A program made the translations under genes and the position numbers. A DNA stretch of 32,739 bases from Catajapyx aquilonaris (taxonomy: Eukaryota): NCBI GenBank assembly GCA_000934665.2, contig KZ539121.1, forward strand, positions 1 to 32,739, in the 5' to 3' direction. Shown piece by piece: positions 1 to 13,223 of the stretch. Numbering within the stretch: the first letter of the stretch is position 1; each line of letters opens with the position of its first letter. The notes under the pieces are model-generated. The model was given only the letters and a program-made list of their open reading frames with translations. It was not told where the DNA came from and did no database searches.

Positions 1-2648
1 GTTATAGCACTAACTCTTTTTTTTCGAACTTGGTGGATTCATCTCAGTGTAATAAAATTTAACCATATATCTCTGAGCTAAATGGCTGATATAATTTGGC
101 ATTGAGAGAATGTGGACTGACACATATTTGCATTCATACAGTGCATTGCGCTGTTCAAACCCTGCATATTGACGTGTGCCAAATACAAAGTATTGTGAGC
201 ATTATTTGCCACATTCTGAAAGAGGTTGCCCCCAGACCAAACAATAATTAAATAATATGAATATTTATTTCGTATATTCAAAAAAGCGACGTAATAAGTG
301 ACTTTGATCATTTTTTAAAATACTTTTTGTGCACAGTGTATTACAATCTGGATCCTCTTTTTCATCTCCCGTACTTCAAAGTTCGTTAATATTGTGGTAG
401 TATGTACCCGAATTAAATCATAAATGAGATTGGTCGAACCAGTCACCGTCAAAGTTCAGTACATACTGCACAGTACACTAATCCAATAGTTTGCAGCACT
501 GGAAGCGCATTTTAAATTCCTGACTAACGCCTGTGTCAAACTCCTGCATTTCCAACTGAATAAACGTACCTTTTCATCTCGTTTCCAAACCAACTCTCCC
601 TAGTGCCAGCTATAGCAGTGATATGAATAGAAAAGGCTAATTCCGCAGGAAGATAAAATTACACCCAATACCTTTCCTCCCAGGTAAAATTGTAACCTGC
701 AGATCCAATTTGCCTACATTTCCGTCATTCCCCCGGAACTAAAAAATGGCTAGATTCTCTTTTTTCCCCCCTCGCTTATTTCCCATTCCCTCCAGCATTA
801 CTACAAAAAGGTCCACCTAAAGCCCCCCCTTTTTTTGCACAAAAAATATATATACAGTATACACTAACGCATGCAGGTCTGGTTCGCTCTTTTTTTGACG
901 TGACTCGAAGCTCAAAAACCCAGGTGACATATGCTGTTCCCGGAGAGGACGACGACTCGTCTCCACGTGTTATTTCTTCAGCCGTTTCCCCCCTTTGCGT
1001 GAATAGTTATTATTGCAACTCTCACTCATTTCCTTAATTAGGGGGCGGGGGGGGCACCGCCTGGGCCAACCCAGTCATTATCAGAATGCTTAGAAGGTGT
1101 TAATATTCAGGATACCCCACAATTGATTTGTGGACATTTCCAGTGGGTGAGAAAAAGAATGTGCGAAAATTTATGCAAATTTTAGCTCCCACTATACATA
1201 CAAAAAATAGTGCTGAAAATAAATAAAATATCATAGCTTCTAATTTAAGTAGATATGTCATCCACTAATCGCTAATAAGTTTTGAATTGCTCCAAAAATT
1301 CCACCAAATAAATTGGTATCCTGAAAGTTAGGCCACTTTTCAAGCAATGGTTGGATGGTTGCATAACAAACAGGATATTCCTTGCTCTCTCTGCAAATTT
1401 TTGCGATTTCTTTATGAATTTTAACACAATTTTACGTACCATCTGTATCTATACTAGAATTCGACCATTTTCTGTGCAATTTCAAGCCCCCGAATCTTGC
1501 TCCCAACTGATAGCGTGTAATGACCAAGTGATGATCAGCATTATCATCACTTTCAGCACTACAAGTTTATTCCAACTGGCCATTTCCCTCTCCTATATAA
1601 ACCTCCCCCCCCCCCCTCGCCAAACTGCAATAACATTTCTCATCCGGTTTTTCAGACTGTAGATCACCGGATGATAAAATCCCCCCCCCCTCCTCCTCCC
1701 TTAGTACACGTCCATTAAAACTCTACGGGTCATTTGGCAAAGGGTTGATCCTATTGGTACCAAGGACGGGGACTTTCAATTCTACTGTACGTGTGTGTGT
1801 CTAACTATCCTTCGCCAAAAAAAAACTTTTAAAAAAACTAAAATGTATCCGTGTCCATATCTGTGACCGTATCACAAGTATATGGAAGGCATCGCAATTC
1901 GGATCCCAAGCTTTGCACGCAATCTTTGGCATGCAAGTTGGTTCCTTCCTGTTCGGAACTCGGACCAATTTATAGCAGAATCTAACCTACAACAGAATTT
2001 ATATCATTATTAACATGATTTAACAGCGGGGCCAGCGGAAAACGCGCCGCTGGTCATCGCGAGATACGGTCTGGAAAATAAACAAGCATGACTTTTTGAA
2101 CTGGGTTTTTTTTTTCGAAATAAGGTATGGCCATGCGATTGATTATCACTGGCTAATTACTTTGAAATGCTGGGTGTTGGGTGTGATATACGATGGCAGC
2201 CAAATTGTTGTTGGCTCGAAAATTACATTGCGTGAATTTTTTGGCTCAATAAATTTGTGACAATAATGAACCCGCAGAAAAATTCAGTGCCAGCAATTTA
2301 AAAAAAAAAAAAATCTCTTCACAATATTATTTTTCATATCAGATCAAGTATGGCAGAAAAATTCATATTTGTAATATCTTTTTAACCGGTTATGATTGGA
2401 TAAATTCTGACATTCATTACTTGTGGTTGCCTTTATGCTTCAATATCTCTGTAATATCCACATTTCTGTCCACACCAAAAAAATGTGTCTTAATTTAGTG
2501 GTCTCATCACCCTCATCCTTATTCCCCTCCATTTGGCACCCACTTGATTCCATAAACAGAAGCAATAAGGCTCCGTTAGTTAGATTATAGACAAGGAGAA
2601 GTAAAAGGGCTGCTGGTTTCCCCCCCCCCCCCCCCCCCCCCAGCACCA

Positions 2649-2658
2649 NNNNNNNNNN
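2649..2658. other. Assembly gap (10 N) next to a 22-nt poly-C tract
   Basis: Run of Ns. Single Ns also lie within C-runs at 5159, 11776 and 12713. Confidence 0.95.
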
Positions 2659-3854
2659 AAAAAAAAAGAGAGACAACGACCGGGGAATATCAAATGAGCC
2701 TGGTTCTTCGTCCTGGCACACTTCCTCTGAAATGAACAGCCCCAACCCCTCACATTAATTCGATTACAACTCGTCAAAATAATCCTGGTTAGTACACTAG
2801 TATGGTTTCATCAAAATGGACGGGAGTAGACCTGGTCCGCACTTTGTGGTTTGTTAGAGATATATTTTCATTGTTTAAAACAACAATAACAATGCTTGTA
2901 ACCTGAAGAGTACACTCATTTCTGCAGGCAACTGATTTTCCCCCCCTGATATCATTGTGTTTGCAAACAAATGGTTTTTTTTTTTACCAATCGTGTAATA
3001 ATGCATTTTGTGGCCATGTCATCACAAGGGAAGGTTTTTCCCAGTGCTTGTCAAGCTTGTTCCGCCCGAGATTGTATTTTTTGTAAATAATTTTTTTTGT
3101 GTGTGTGTTTTTGCGCGGGGACCGGATTTCAGGAGAAGTCATTAGAGGCAAAGTACCAAGCAGATCTTCCCAGAAGTTTATTTGCGGAGCTCTCATGTCT
3201 TTCGTATATATTCAAATGTCGGGGGCCCAGAAAATTTCCAACTGAATTCCCCAGTGCTGGAAGACGACGTGACGGATATGAATAAATCGCTGGCGGCAGA
3301 GAGAATGAAAAAAAGAGAAGACATTGTTACATTAAGAACATACTGTACGACGTTTCCGGTTGAAATAATACGCATGAATTTGATATGGCAGAAACTTGCG
3401 ATATTTTTTTAAAAAATCTGCTTAACTATATGACTATAACGCCGGTTCTCTATACAGTATATGCACAAATGATACATTATTAGTAATCGTGTTAGTCATT
3501 TGTTCATCAAAAATCTTTTGTTAAATTATACCAAAATTATTCAGGCACATCTCGCGTACAGTTCAGTAATTTTTTACAGTACATATTATTCAAGCCGTTA
3601 TGTTTAACACTCACTAGAAAACCCTCGATTCGCTCGAATTTTTCTAGACCGTTGCTGTATTTACCTTCCACCCGACAGCATGGAAATGAATAGTGTTTCC
3701 TCCCACCCACCAGAGGCGCTGTCTTACCCTGCGCGCGTCGTATCTCCTCCCCTTGCGCAGTCGCAGAACGGGGGCCAATCAGAAGCATCGGTCAAACATC
3801 ACAATGATTTTAATAGTATAGATGATGTGTACTATCTACAAATAGCTCATTCAT

Positions 3855-3945
3855 AGTAAGGTGAAGTGGGGGAAGTGCACACCCGGGGTAAGTGCACATA
3901 TTGTGCACTTACCCCGGGTGTGCACTTCCCCCACTTCACCTTACT
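3855..3945. mobile_element. Perfect palindrome (44-bp arms, 3-nt loop), probably an internally collapsed TA-targeting MITE
   Basis: 3855-3898 AGTAAGGTGAAGTGGGGGAAGTGCACACCCGGGGTAAGTGCACA is the exact reverse complement of 3902-3945. TA dinucleotides at 3857-3858 and 3942-3943 flank an 83-bp core. Confidence 0.75.
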
Positions 3946-6900
3946 TCATTCAAAGTGCGACCAATTTTTTCCCCCCCATCCCAATCTTTTCGCGACCTTT
4001 TGAATGGTTTCCCTGCAGTTAACACCTTCCATGTGAATGCTCAGAACAAGTTTTGAGCGAGGCCTCCTCGTACCATGGTAATAACCCTAAAGGGAAAACT
4101 TGGTTCATTCACATCAGCTAAATGGGTGTGAAAGTGTCTTTATTATGCAAATTCGGACCGTCAGGCTGAGAAAAAAAACCCACCTCTGCTAATAATCTAC
4201 ACGCGAAAGGCATTTAGCCTTTAGTTGTCCGCAAAATTAGTAACATTGCTGTTCTCGCTCTCTCCGACAGCAATATTCTAAAACCCAGTACTTCCTGGGA
4301 ATATTCTCTCTCCAATAGCATGTAATTTGCATATGCTCCACACTTTAAAAGTTCATGATGCCAACTACTTTTAATTCGCAAGACCTGCTTATATTGCACA
4401 CTCCAATTGCAAGTTTGTTAAAAGGCTCTGTAATGACCTGTAATTACACTTTTTTTTGTGGCTCCAATACAAGATCCAATTTCTTTTTAAAAAATATGAT
4501 CCGGACAAGAATAGTTAATAGTTTCATGGTGTAATCCTGACATGATTGCATATTACGTCCTTCTGGAGAGCAGAACAGAGAGAGACAGAAAATAGTGTAA
4601 TATAAGTCTGGTAGCAGGTCTGGTGGTGTCCTCCTGTATGAATCCCTTTCTATCCCCTACTGACTCACTCGTTCCCTTATGTAAGTGCTGTGTCAAGTGG
4701 GATATAAAAATTTTACGGCAGGCTCGTAATCTGAAGCTGGGAGTGGGAAAGTGTAGCAAGGGGGGGAAAGGAGAAGGGGAGGGGAAAACCCCCCCTCATT
4801 GATCACAGTCCTTCATTCCGAATCACTTGCACTGAGAGGGAGATACAATTATTTTGCAAGCATTGCTCAAAGTACTAAAAATCCAGCAGAATTCTGATTT
4901 GTTTCGCATCAGGAAACATATATTTTGCACTTTTGATATATAACGAAAAGATGATAACCTTGGAAAAATTCCCTGATAATTAATTACGGATGAAGCATCC
5001 TGCTGTAAATCACGTCCTTAAAATTTGTTTTAAAAAAATTGTTGCGTAATAATGGCCTTGCAGCATGCAATTATCGTTCATTTTCCATGACTTCCCAAGT
5101 TGTAATCAGATCACAAAAATTGAAGCATGGAAAAGGTCGAAACGATAAGACCGCCCCCNCCCCCCCCCCCCCAGAAACACTTAGTTATATAAGTAGTTGC
5201 GTAAATCCGGTGTACACGTGGCAATAAATCATTGTGCAAATTCCATAAACCAATTAATTTCAATATATTTTATTTATTAAATTTATTGCTGTGTATATGT
5301 TTATACAGTACATATTTGTGCATTTATATTATGATCATTAATTTCATATTATTATCTGTCGTCACCATATAGTCAGAGGTCACTGAACCATCTATATACA
5401 GTCTATCAGTTTGTTACTCTCGCTCTGAACTTAAATTGAGTCCTTCAGAGCAAAGTGAAAACATGACATAGTGTGTAGATATACTGTACGACAAATTGAA
5501 GGTTTATTGAAGCGGAATAATCATTATACTTTCTCTTTGTTTCCTGCTTCTTTTCTACCAAAGCATAAGTCCCTGTTAGTCAAGTTTAGCGGATGAAGAA
5601 TCTTGTCAAGTGGAAATGACGATATTTTTTTTTCTCTTGTTTTTTTGATTTGTTCCGACTAGACCCCTCTCTTTTTGTTCTTGCTCATGATTCAACAGTT
5701 AGGCGAGCAAAAATGAGACTTTGCTGGGATACCTGGAACTGGGAATGTTAGATAATTACCAGTGATTCTTGTCTCAGATAAAGACTCCCAGTGCACGTTG
5801 CCAGGAGCGGATCTGCTGTCAAAAATAATGGCCCTCAGATGTCTACATCCAGGGATATATCATAAGCTTATAAGTCTAACGATATATATACAGACCGTTT
5901 TGCCGTATCTAAAATGGACAATTTGTCCATCGAATAAACCACTATCAGCATCAAACTTTTTTTGTCATCCCGACATTGAAATATAGTGTTGTAAAACTCG
6001 TTGATCGAAGATTGAAAGTGTTCAGTAGTCGACAGGAGCACATTCTCATCTAACTTTTTGATGGGTCTCTTGGTGACAGGTTTTAGTAGCTCATCTCGCT
6101 ATTACTAGGTGCATATCTCATTTTTCGATCAGTTTTTATAGTATTTTTTTTAATGGTCATATAAGCACAAAGTGGATTGTGTTCTCCCCTCGACCTGTTA
6201 ATACACCATTCTATAAAAAAGGGATAGGCCTCCCCCATCTTTGTTCAGGTTAGAAAAATCATAAAATTAATCTAAAAACCCGATTGATTATTGTCCATCC
6301 GATCCAACTGCGGGGACTATAAACTGTGCCCCCGCCCGAAATTTCACGTGTGCTTCTAGTGCTATAAAAGCCTACTTTTTAAGGAACATTACCTTCTCCC
6401 TGGAGGTAATATCTTCTGGGTTTTTAAGCCCTGCAGTGCCATCAGAGGTTGATTAAACCATCCCCCCCCCCCCTTCCAAGTCTGGAAATTGTTTGCGGAC
6501 GTACCCTGATGGCAGTGGCACATAACGACGTACCATCTAACCAGACGACCGCGCACACAAAAAAAAGAGAGACGCATAATCTATCAAACTGCTTTGCTAT
6601 AAAAATCTAGCCATAAATCGGACGAAAACATGAGTTTGTTATAAGAAAAAAAAAACCCGAACCTGCCTTTTTCATATATAACTGAACAATCCAGGGTAAT
6701 CATAAGATGGCGTCAATAAACCCTCACTTATACCAAACAGTTAAAGTCACCAACTGAGGGTCTCGCATATGAATTATTGTGCCTCTAAAATAATTTCGAT
6801 TCATTAATATTTGGGACAAATCCAACCAACCAGATTTTTATGGACGTTCGAGGGGGTTTTTTAGGTCGTTAAGTGTGACCCTTTTTCTGGGGTGTATATT

Positions 6901-8700
6901 TGGGTCACTCTGTATGTCGACAGGATTTGGCCATTGAGATGACCAGCAGGGGAGGGCAGCCAAGGACGAAAGAATCTGGCACCAAAAATCGCAGAGAGGA
7001 TTTTTTAGTAGGTTATATGGGGAAGCTGCAATCAATGTTATTATTCCGAGAGAGCCGAAGGTTTCTAAATGGATGGGAGTAGTTTTGCGCCTCAAGAGTT
7101 GCGGAACTGGAGGACGTTTTGTGGTCAAACCAACGTCAGTTATTACTTTCAAGGCGAGACTTAATGGGGACGGTAAAGTTGTGTTTAATGGGCAAGGCCT
7201 TTCAAGCAGAGAGGTTATCGCTTTGGTCTTTAACTGTTAACAAGTCTAACAGTATATGCTGGGAACGATGCACAGCTGAGATTTGTCCTGTGTAGATATT
7301 CGCAATACAAAAAAAAAAATTAATTGCGAAGTACCTTTTTAACAATATGGCATCCCTTCAAATAGGGTCTGACAATTATTGTTTATTAAGAGTATTAAAT
7401 GTCAGTTTTAATCACAACTTTTTGTCATCGCCTCCTATGTACAAAAATTCAAATTAAACTCTTGAGAATTTCATTGCTGTCCTACATATAGGACATCATT
7501 GTCCTTATCCAAAAAAATCAGGCCCACATCTAGAGTGAGCAGGTGTTTTCAATGCTCCTCGTGTCCGTTCATTACTTGCGAATCTTCCGGGCGACATTAC
7601 GGCCAAATCGTTTGCTTTATATGCCGAAAACAGGGCTTTTCCAGAGAGGGCCAACCTTATCTGAAAACTACGGGGAGGGTTTCTCCTTGATCCGGTGTAC
7701 AAGGGAAGTGTAGGCTGCAGCCTTGCCAGGAATTGGAGACGACGATTTTCCTCCACTTCTCGTCTCCGGATGTCTTGGGAAGTGAGTCTGATTTAGCCTG
7801 CACTAAAGGCGGACGCGATACGGAATTGAATTGCCCCAAGCATAGTACACCAAGAGCTATATATATACATGTATATCCAGGAGCAAAACGCCTTTCAGTC
7901 ATAACTTGTGCCAAAATGTTGCCGGAATTTTCCAACCAAGCGCAAAAAAAAAAATCTATATAATGTAGATTTACACGGCCATTTTTGCCACAATAACATC
8001 ACAAGACGGGTAAACACAACCAAAGAAATATCGCAAAAAAAAAATGTGGTCGGAACAAACCATATTTTTCTAAAACAAAGCGTGTTCAGCATAACATAAT
8101 TTAATTATTTATTTATTAACAATAAGTGGGCCTCTTCGGCAATCAACAGGTTTCAAGCGATATTTTGCAAGACTGAAACTTTGTGCCCCAAATATTAATA
8201 TTTTAATAACCTGTTAAAAATATTGGTAGCAGCATGGAGTTAATTGGGTTATTAAACTATATAGCGAAATCGCAGCATTGTTACGGGCGTCAAATCAAAG
8301 TGTCGAGCTTCATGACAATGTGTTAATCAACAAAAGCCAGTACTTATACAACGCAGTGATTCGTGATTTATTTCGCATCCCGCATTATTGGCGACAATTC
8401 AATTCACCACCGGTCCCACCCAATGAATCTCGACACACATTTTAAATAATTTTTTCCCCCTCCCACACCAACCCAGCTGACTATTAATTGATATTCAAAT
8501 TCATTTTAATCAATGTTTGTCAGTTCAATTCCGCTCTGATCCACAACATATTCACTCTCGGTACACTCATGCTCCACATTTAAATCAGGTTCCACATACA
8601 CTTGTGATGCTTCACGCAGTCACGGGACGTCAATATTGCAATCACTGTTCACATCAAACGCAATATACCGTTTAAACGACGCTTCTCTGTGTCGGATCTA

Positions 8701-8746
8701 CAGGGTGTGTCATAACGAGTCCACCCTTAAATTACGACACACCCTG
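8701..8746. mobile_element. 46-bp Tc1/mariner-type miniature relic
   Basis: TA-CAGGGTGTGTCATAA ... TTACGACACACCCTG, a 15-bp inverted repeat with one mismatch. CAGGGTG is a common mariner-like terminus. Confidence 0.55.
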
Positions 8747-11398
8747 TTACGAGCTTGCTCCTCACTAACGATTATTGCCAGGCATTAAAATGACCCACAG
8801 CGTTGACCACACGACTCGGAAACGCTCGTAAAACGGTCAACAAAACAGACATATAACGACTAAATAAGGTCCAAGCTTATAATAGAATATGAAGGAATTA
8901 CTGCCACACTTTTTGTCGCATTGACCATATGAATATATATAACCACGTAAATGTCTTCAAGTTGATATTTAGCACTGTCAGCTTAATATGTGCCTCGGGG
9001 ATACCTTTCCCTTTATATTGACACAGCAGCGACACACATCATTCCTTCAAAGAGACTTCATCTAAGAGCAAACTAGACAGTTTGGTCCCTTCCCTCTCCC
9101 AAAATGTTCCCCTGGAATTAGAGGAGCCAAAGTGCTTCAAAGGGAGAAGTTTGACTAACCAATCTGGAGGATTCCTAGACCAGGTTTTTGTTAGAGTCCA
9201 AGTGGTCGTGAGGAATCCTCATTGACGACTTTGCTCATAGGGAGTCGAGTCAAGAAGGAAGGATCTCAGGTGTCGACTGTCCCTGTCCGGCACTCAGACC
9301 CAACTTTATTTCTTCCTAAGGGAATTACCCCCACACGGATGATGGCTGCTTGACTCCAAAAGGGCCTCACTTTGCTCCTTAATTAAAAATGGAGGAACAG
9401 TGGACAAAAAAAAGGGCAACCGTAACGATTCCGACCTACTAGTGAACCCGTTGCCAATTTGGCAGCATAGTAATAATAAAATGGCCCGCCGATTTACCAC
9501 ATAGTAATATTCTTCGTGCGTAGATGGCGCACACTGTCTGCACACTCCTGCCACCGTGTGAGAGATAGCGATACTTGGTCGGACAAACATCCGACGGAGA
9601 GAATAAGCCTATTAGGCACACACTTCATCCGTTATTACAAATTCCAACAACATTACGTTAATGGCCCAATTGGAGTGAAAATTGAACACAAATTGAAACT
9701 GAAACTGTAGATCTCTAAAGCACTGGAGTATACACTTGAAACAGCACTAGGAAAGTTTTCAGGTATTGACTGCTTGAGAGAAGAAGCGAGGGGGAAAGCA
9801 ATCGAGGAAACTCTTCAATTCTGGGGGAAATTCCATTACCTTCACTTGGCAATTTAATATTATCGTTACACACTTGGCTTGTGAACAGTATTGGAAAAGC
9901 TAATATCAGATTTTATTGCTTTTACCTAATGTTGCGTTTCTGCTAGGAAAATAGCCTAAAATTGCTTTAAAATGTGTGAACAATGTAAAAATATATATAT
10001 ATGTTCTTTACTTTAAATATAATTAACTGACAGCTTCCCAGCAATAACTCACCCTGTCATTATGATTACCGGACTTTATTGAGCGACCATTTATATGTAT
10101 ATGAAATTTGGGCGATTATAATTTATAGCGCTCCTATTCAACCGACTCGCCCATTTGTTTCATAGAATTCATGTTGCCCTGTGTACGTGTGTGTAGAGAC
10201 CTGACAGTCAATTAACTATGAGTGAATGGTTTTCTCCCCAACGATATATATTTTTAATATATATAACCTCTAAAATTCACTATACTCAATAGCCATTTAT
10301 TCCGCATAATCCTGATGACTGCAACCTATGTGATAGCACACATTGTATCACATTTATTATCTCATCAACAACCCTATTAATTATCAAGCTATTGCAATGC
10401 TACGATCGACACTTGCTGCTGCTAATTACACAAGTCATACGTTTCAAGTACGTGTTTCAAAAAACAAAATACGTCAGCAACTTACGCACTATACAAAAAC
10501 TTGTAAACGACCAATGTTTTTCATTCCGTACTCGTAACTTTTGCGTCGCACTTCCGACCTCCATATGATTTACGTTCATGTCAGATGTAAGTACTTAGGG
10601 GAGAAGGTTAGATGGGGGGTACCAAGCATAAAATTAGCAACTCCACCCACCCCCAACACACGTCATCATCTGCACACGATCCATATCATTCTTGCGCTAA
10701 AATATCCCAAAATTTTCTTACACACAAATTGGGTCTCGAATTGTTGGAGCCACGTGCTCAGTGTTGCGGCTGAATCAACAAGCCATTTGTCTCCCTTTTT
10801 TTTCGGCGCCGAAGCCACTGTTCCGAATCGATTGTTGGCCTTTTTTTTTTCTAACAGGATAGAAGGAATAGGTCCTTATTCACACCCTGGCAAACATTGA
10901 AGAAACGAGCTTCCTTGAAAACTTTACAATCTGGGTCACCAAACTTCCCCCCCCCCCAAAAAAAAATTGAGTGTAACAATTTTTAAAAAGTCAAACGCTG
11001 ATTAAATGTATGTAATCTGAGAATAATTGTAAGCTTCATTGTTGTCTGTCACGGATTTATGCAATGCATGAGCGGATTGCAAGTGAGGCATAATATGGAC
11101 AAATAAGAAGAGTTCAATGCTATTCCCGTGCAATTCCTGTATGTGTCATACGGCCATTCTTTGGCGTGACAATGGTACGACACACAAGCACGCAACAATT
11201 TTTATTTGTAAAGTCAGAAATGGTGTGTCATAATTTTATCTTAACCCTGCAATTTTTTTTTTCTCCAAACAATCGCACGGATGGAAGCACTGAATATTGG
11301 ATTGCTTGTAGTGATAATTACTCACACATCAAGTGGCAGTAAAATTATATAATCGAGGATTCATGTTGTAATTTAAAAGATAATTTTCACTTCATTAA

Positions 11399-11813
11399 CA
11401 GGGGGGGCGGATCAATATATGTATTTCCCCCCCAGAATAATAATTGTTCTCCATTAAAATGCATGGCATTTTCACCTACAATTATGCAATTACCCTTACT
11501 CGCTGGTGGTGGCCGTAAATTTATACCCCCGAACAGGCCGCGCAATTTTCAAAAAAAAAATGCAGAAAAATCAGCTTGAATTTTTAGGCGCATTTTGCAA
11601 TTTTTGCATATATGACGTCGCAAATAAATTTTTATGCAAATATCCATTTATTGCATTGTTGGTTCGCTTCGTTTGAATTGGACCAATCTGTACGACACAT
11701 TTGTTTGAACCCACATAAAAAAATGTTCAGGCAAAAACCATAACAATACAGTGCTCTCCGAGAAATGCCCCCCCCNCCCCCCTCCAAAAATAACAACCCG
11801 GATCCATCCCTAG
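11399..11813. mobile_element. Possible degenerate hAT-like MITE
   Basis: CAGGGGGGGCGGATC at the left end and a poly-C tract followed by GGATCCATCCCTAG at the right end resemble CAGGGGCGGATCC-type termini. No target duplication seen. Confidence 0.25.
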
Positions 11814-13217
11814 TTATAAGCTTTTCCTTCAATACACGTTGTTGTCCCCCCAAATAGCCCAAATCTAACCCAATGATTTACGAACCGGACTAAAAACTTG
11901 GGGAGGCCAAGTCCGCCCCCAAATTTTTATATACCATCCCGGATAATCCCCCTCCAAAAAAAAATTATTTTTTTTGGTCCCCCTTCAAGTTTATATGTTT
12001 CCGCATTTTTTTTTGTCTCTCTCTCAGTTTTTAAGACCGCAATATATCACCTTTCAATTGTGCGGACCGTCTCTTTGAAACCCAGTTCCTACTTTAGCAC
12101 AATCTAAAAAAGCTCTTTCATAGCCCCCTCTCCCCTATCCCTTCCAAAAAAAGGAAGAAAAAAAAATGCACTTGGAACCGGAAAATTTTTACGAGTAATA
12201 AAAAGGTTGTGTTGCGAATATCTTTTCTCTCTTTTTCCCTGAGCTCTCTCTCTACAGGTTACGACCACAACGTCTGACGCGTTTATAATACTAGGGTTCG
12301 CATAACCGAAAAAAGAAAAGAAAGCCATTTCCACAGTGGACTAAAAGTTATTGCCGTTTGGTCCAGAGCGGCCTGTAATCTTCACCTCCGACCATGTCCT
12401 AAAAATCTACGCACTTAAATTTATATTTTTTGTAGAGTACAAGAAATGTTATGGGTTGCGTTCCGGACATTCTGATTCACCCGGTATAGTCAGCCTAGAA
12501 AATGAAGTGTACAAAACAAAACCCACAGAGCATCAGTTAATTGACAACCGTAAACAACCAGGCCGATACAAAAGAAAAAAGCCTCAGCAAATGATGAGGT
12601 TCTCGGTGGATCCAAAACCGTAACACCGACCGACTGCTAACAATAGAGGCGCAACTGCAATCAGTCTCTACCATAACTTGACCGCAACAACAGCTCTGAT
12701 TATGAGGACCCCNCCCCATTGATCCAGCATGCGATTGTTTGGCCCGTCAGTTACCAAATTAACTTTTAGGCCAGTTTTTTTGGGGGGGTGGACCCAACAA
12801 ACAGAAAAACACACGTACAGCGGTTGTTGGCTGCAATCATGCAAATGACATCCCAATGAAACAATTGCCGGTTTTTTTCTCCCCACACAATTCGAGTGGA
12901 TGTTGCTTGTTTGCACTCGTGTCGTCATTTTTCAACAGATGACCTGGGGGTAGAGGATTCCATTGTTACCTAGGACAATCCATCACCCGCCCAAAGCGAA
13001 ATGCAAATTGTCGGTCAATTAATATATTTCACTCAACAGGAGCTGTTCAGCCCCCTTTTTAATAAAATGTTAATACAAAATGTAGTAAAAGATGTTCGTT
13101 ACGCAACAGTGCCTTTTTTTTTTTTGACATGGCAGTTTACAAATTATGGTCACCATTGTTGCACGCAGCTTCCCTCTCTGAGTATTCATCTGTAGAGAAT
13201 AGAATCACAGCATACTT

Positions 13218-13223
13218 TTTATT
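13218..13223 (-). terminator. Candidate AATAAA polyadenylation signal of ASK1 (3' UTR about 1.15 kb)
   Basis: TTTATT on the plus strand, downstream of the ASK1 stop at the end of an AT-rich stretch. Other signals are possible. Confidence 0.35.

Noticed and set aside
6838..7236. About 130-codon open frame on the minus strand
   Set aside because: No ATG start, no recognisable motif and no clear splice boundaries.
7499..7690. ORF with CSSC...SSGRHYGQIVCFIC resembling a nuclear-receptor zinc finger (COUP-TF SSGKHYGQFTCEGC)
   Set aside because: Cys spacing is 16 rather than 13, the FFxR helix is missing, and I saw no convincing splice sites or second finger. Probably chance; a Pfam zf-C4 search would settle it.
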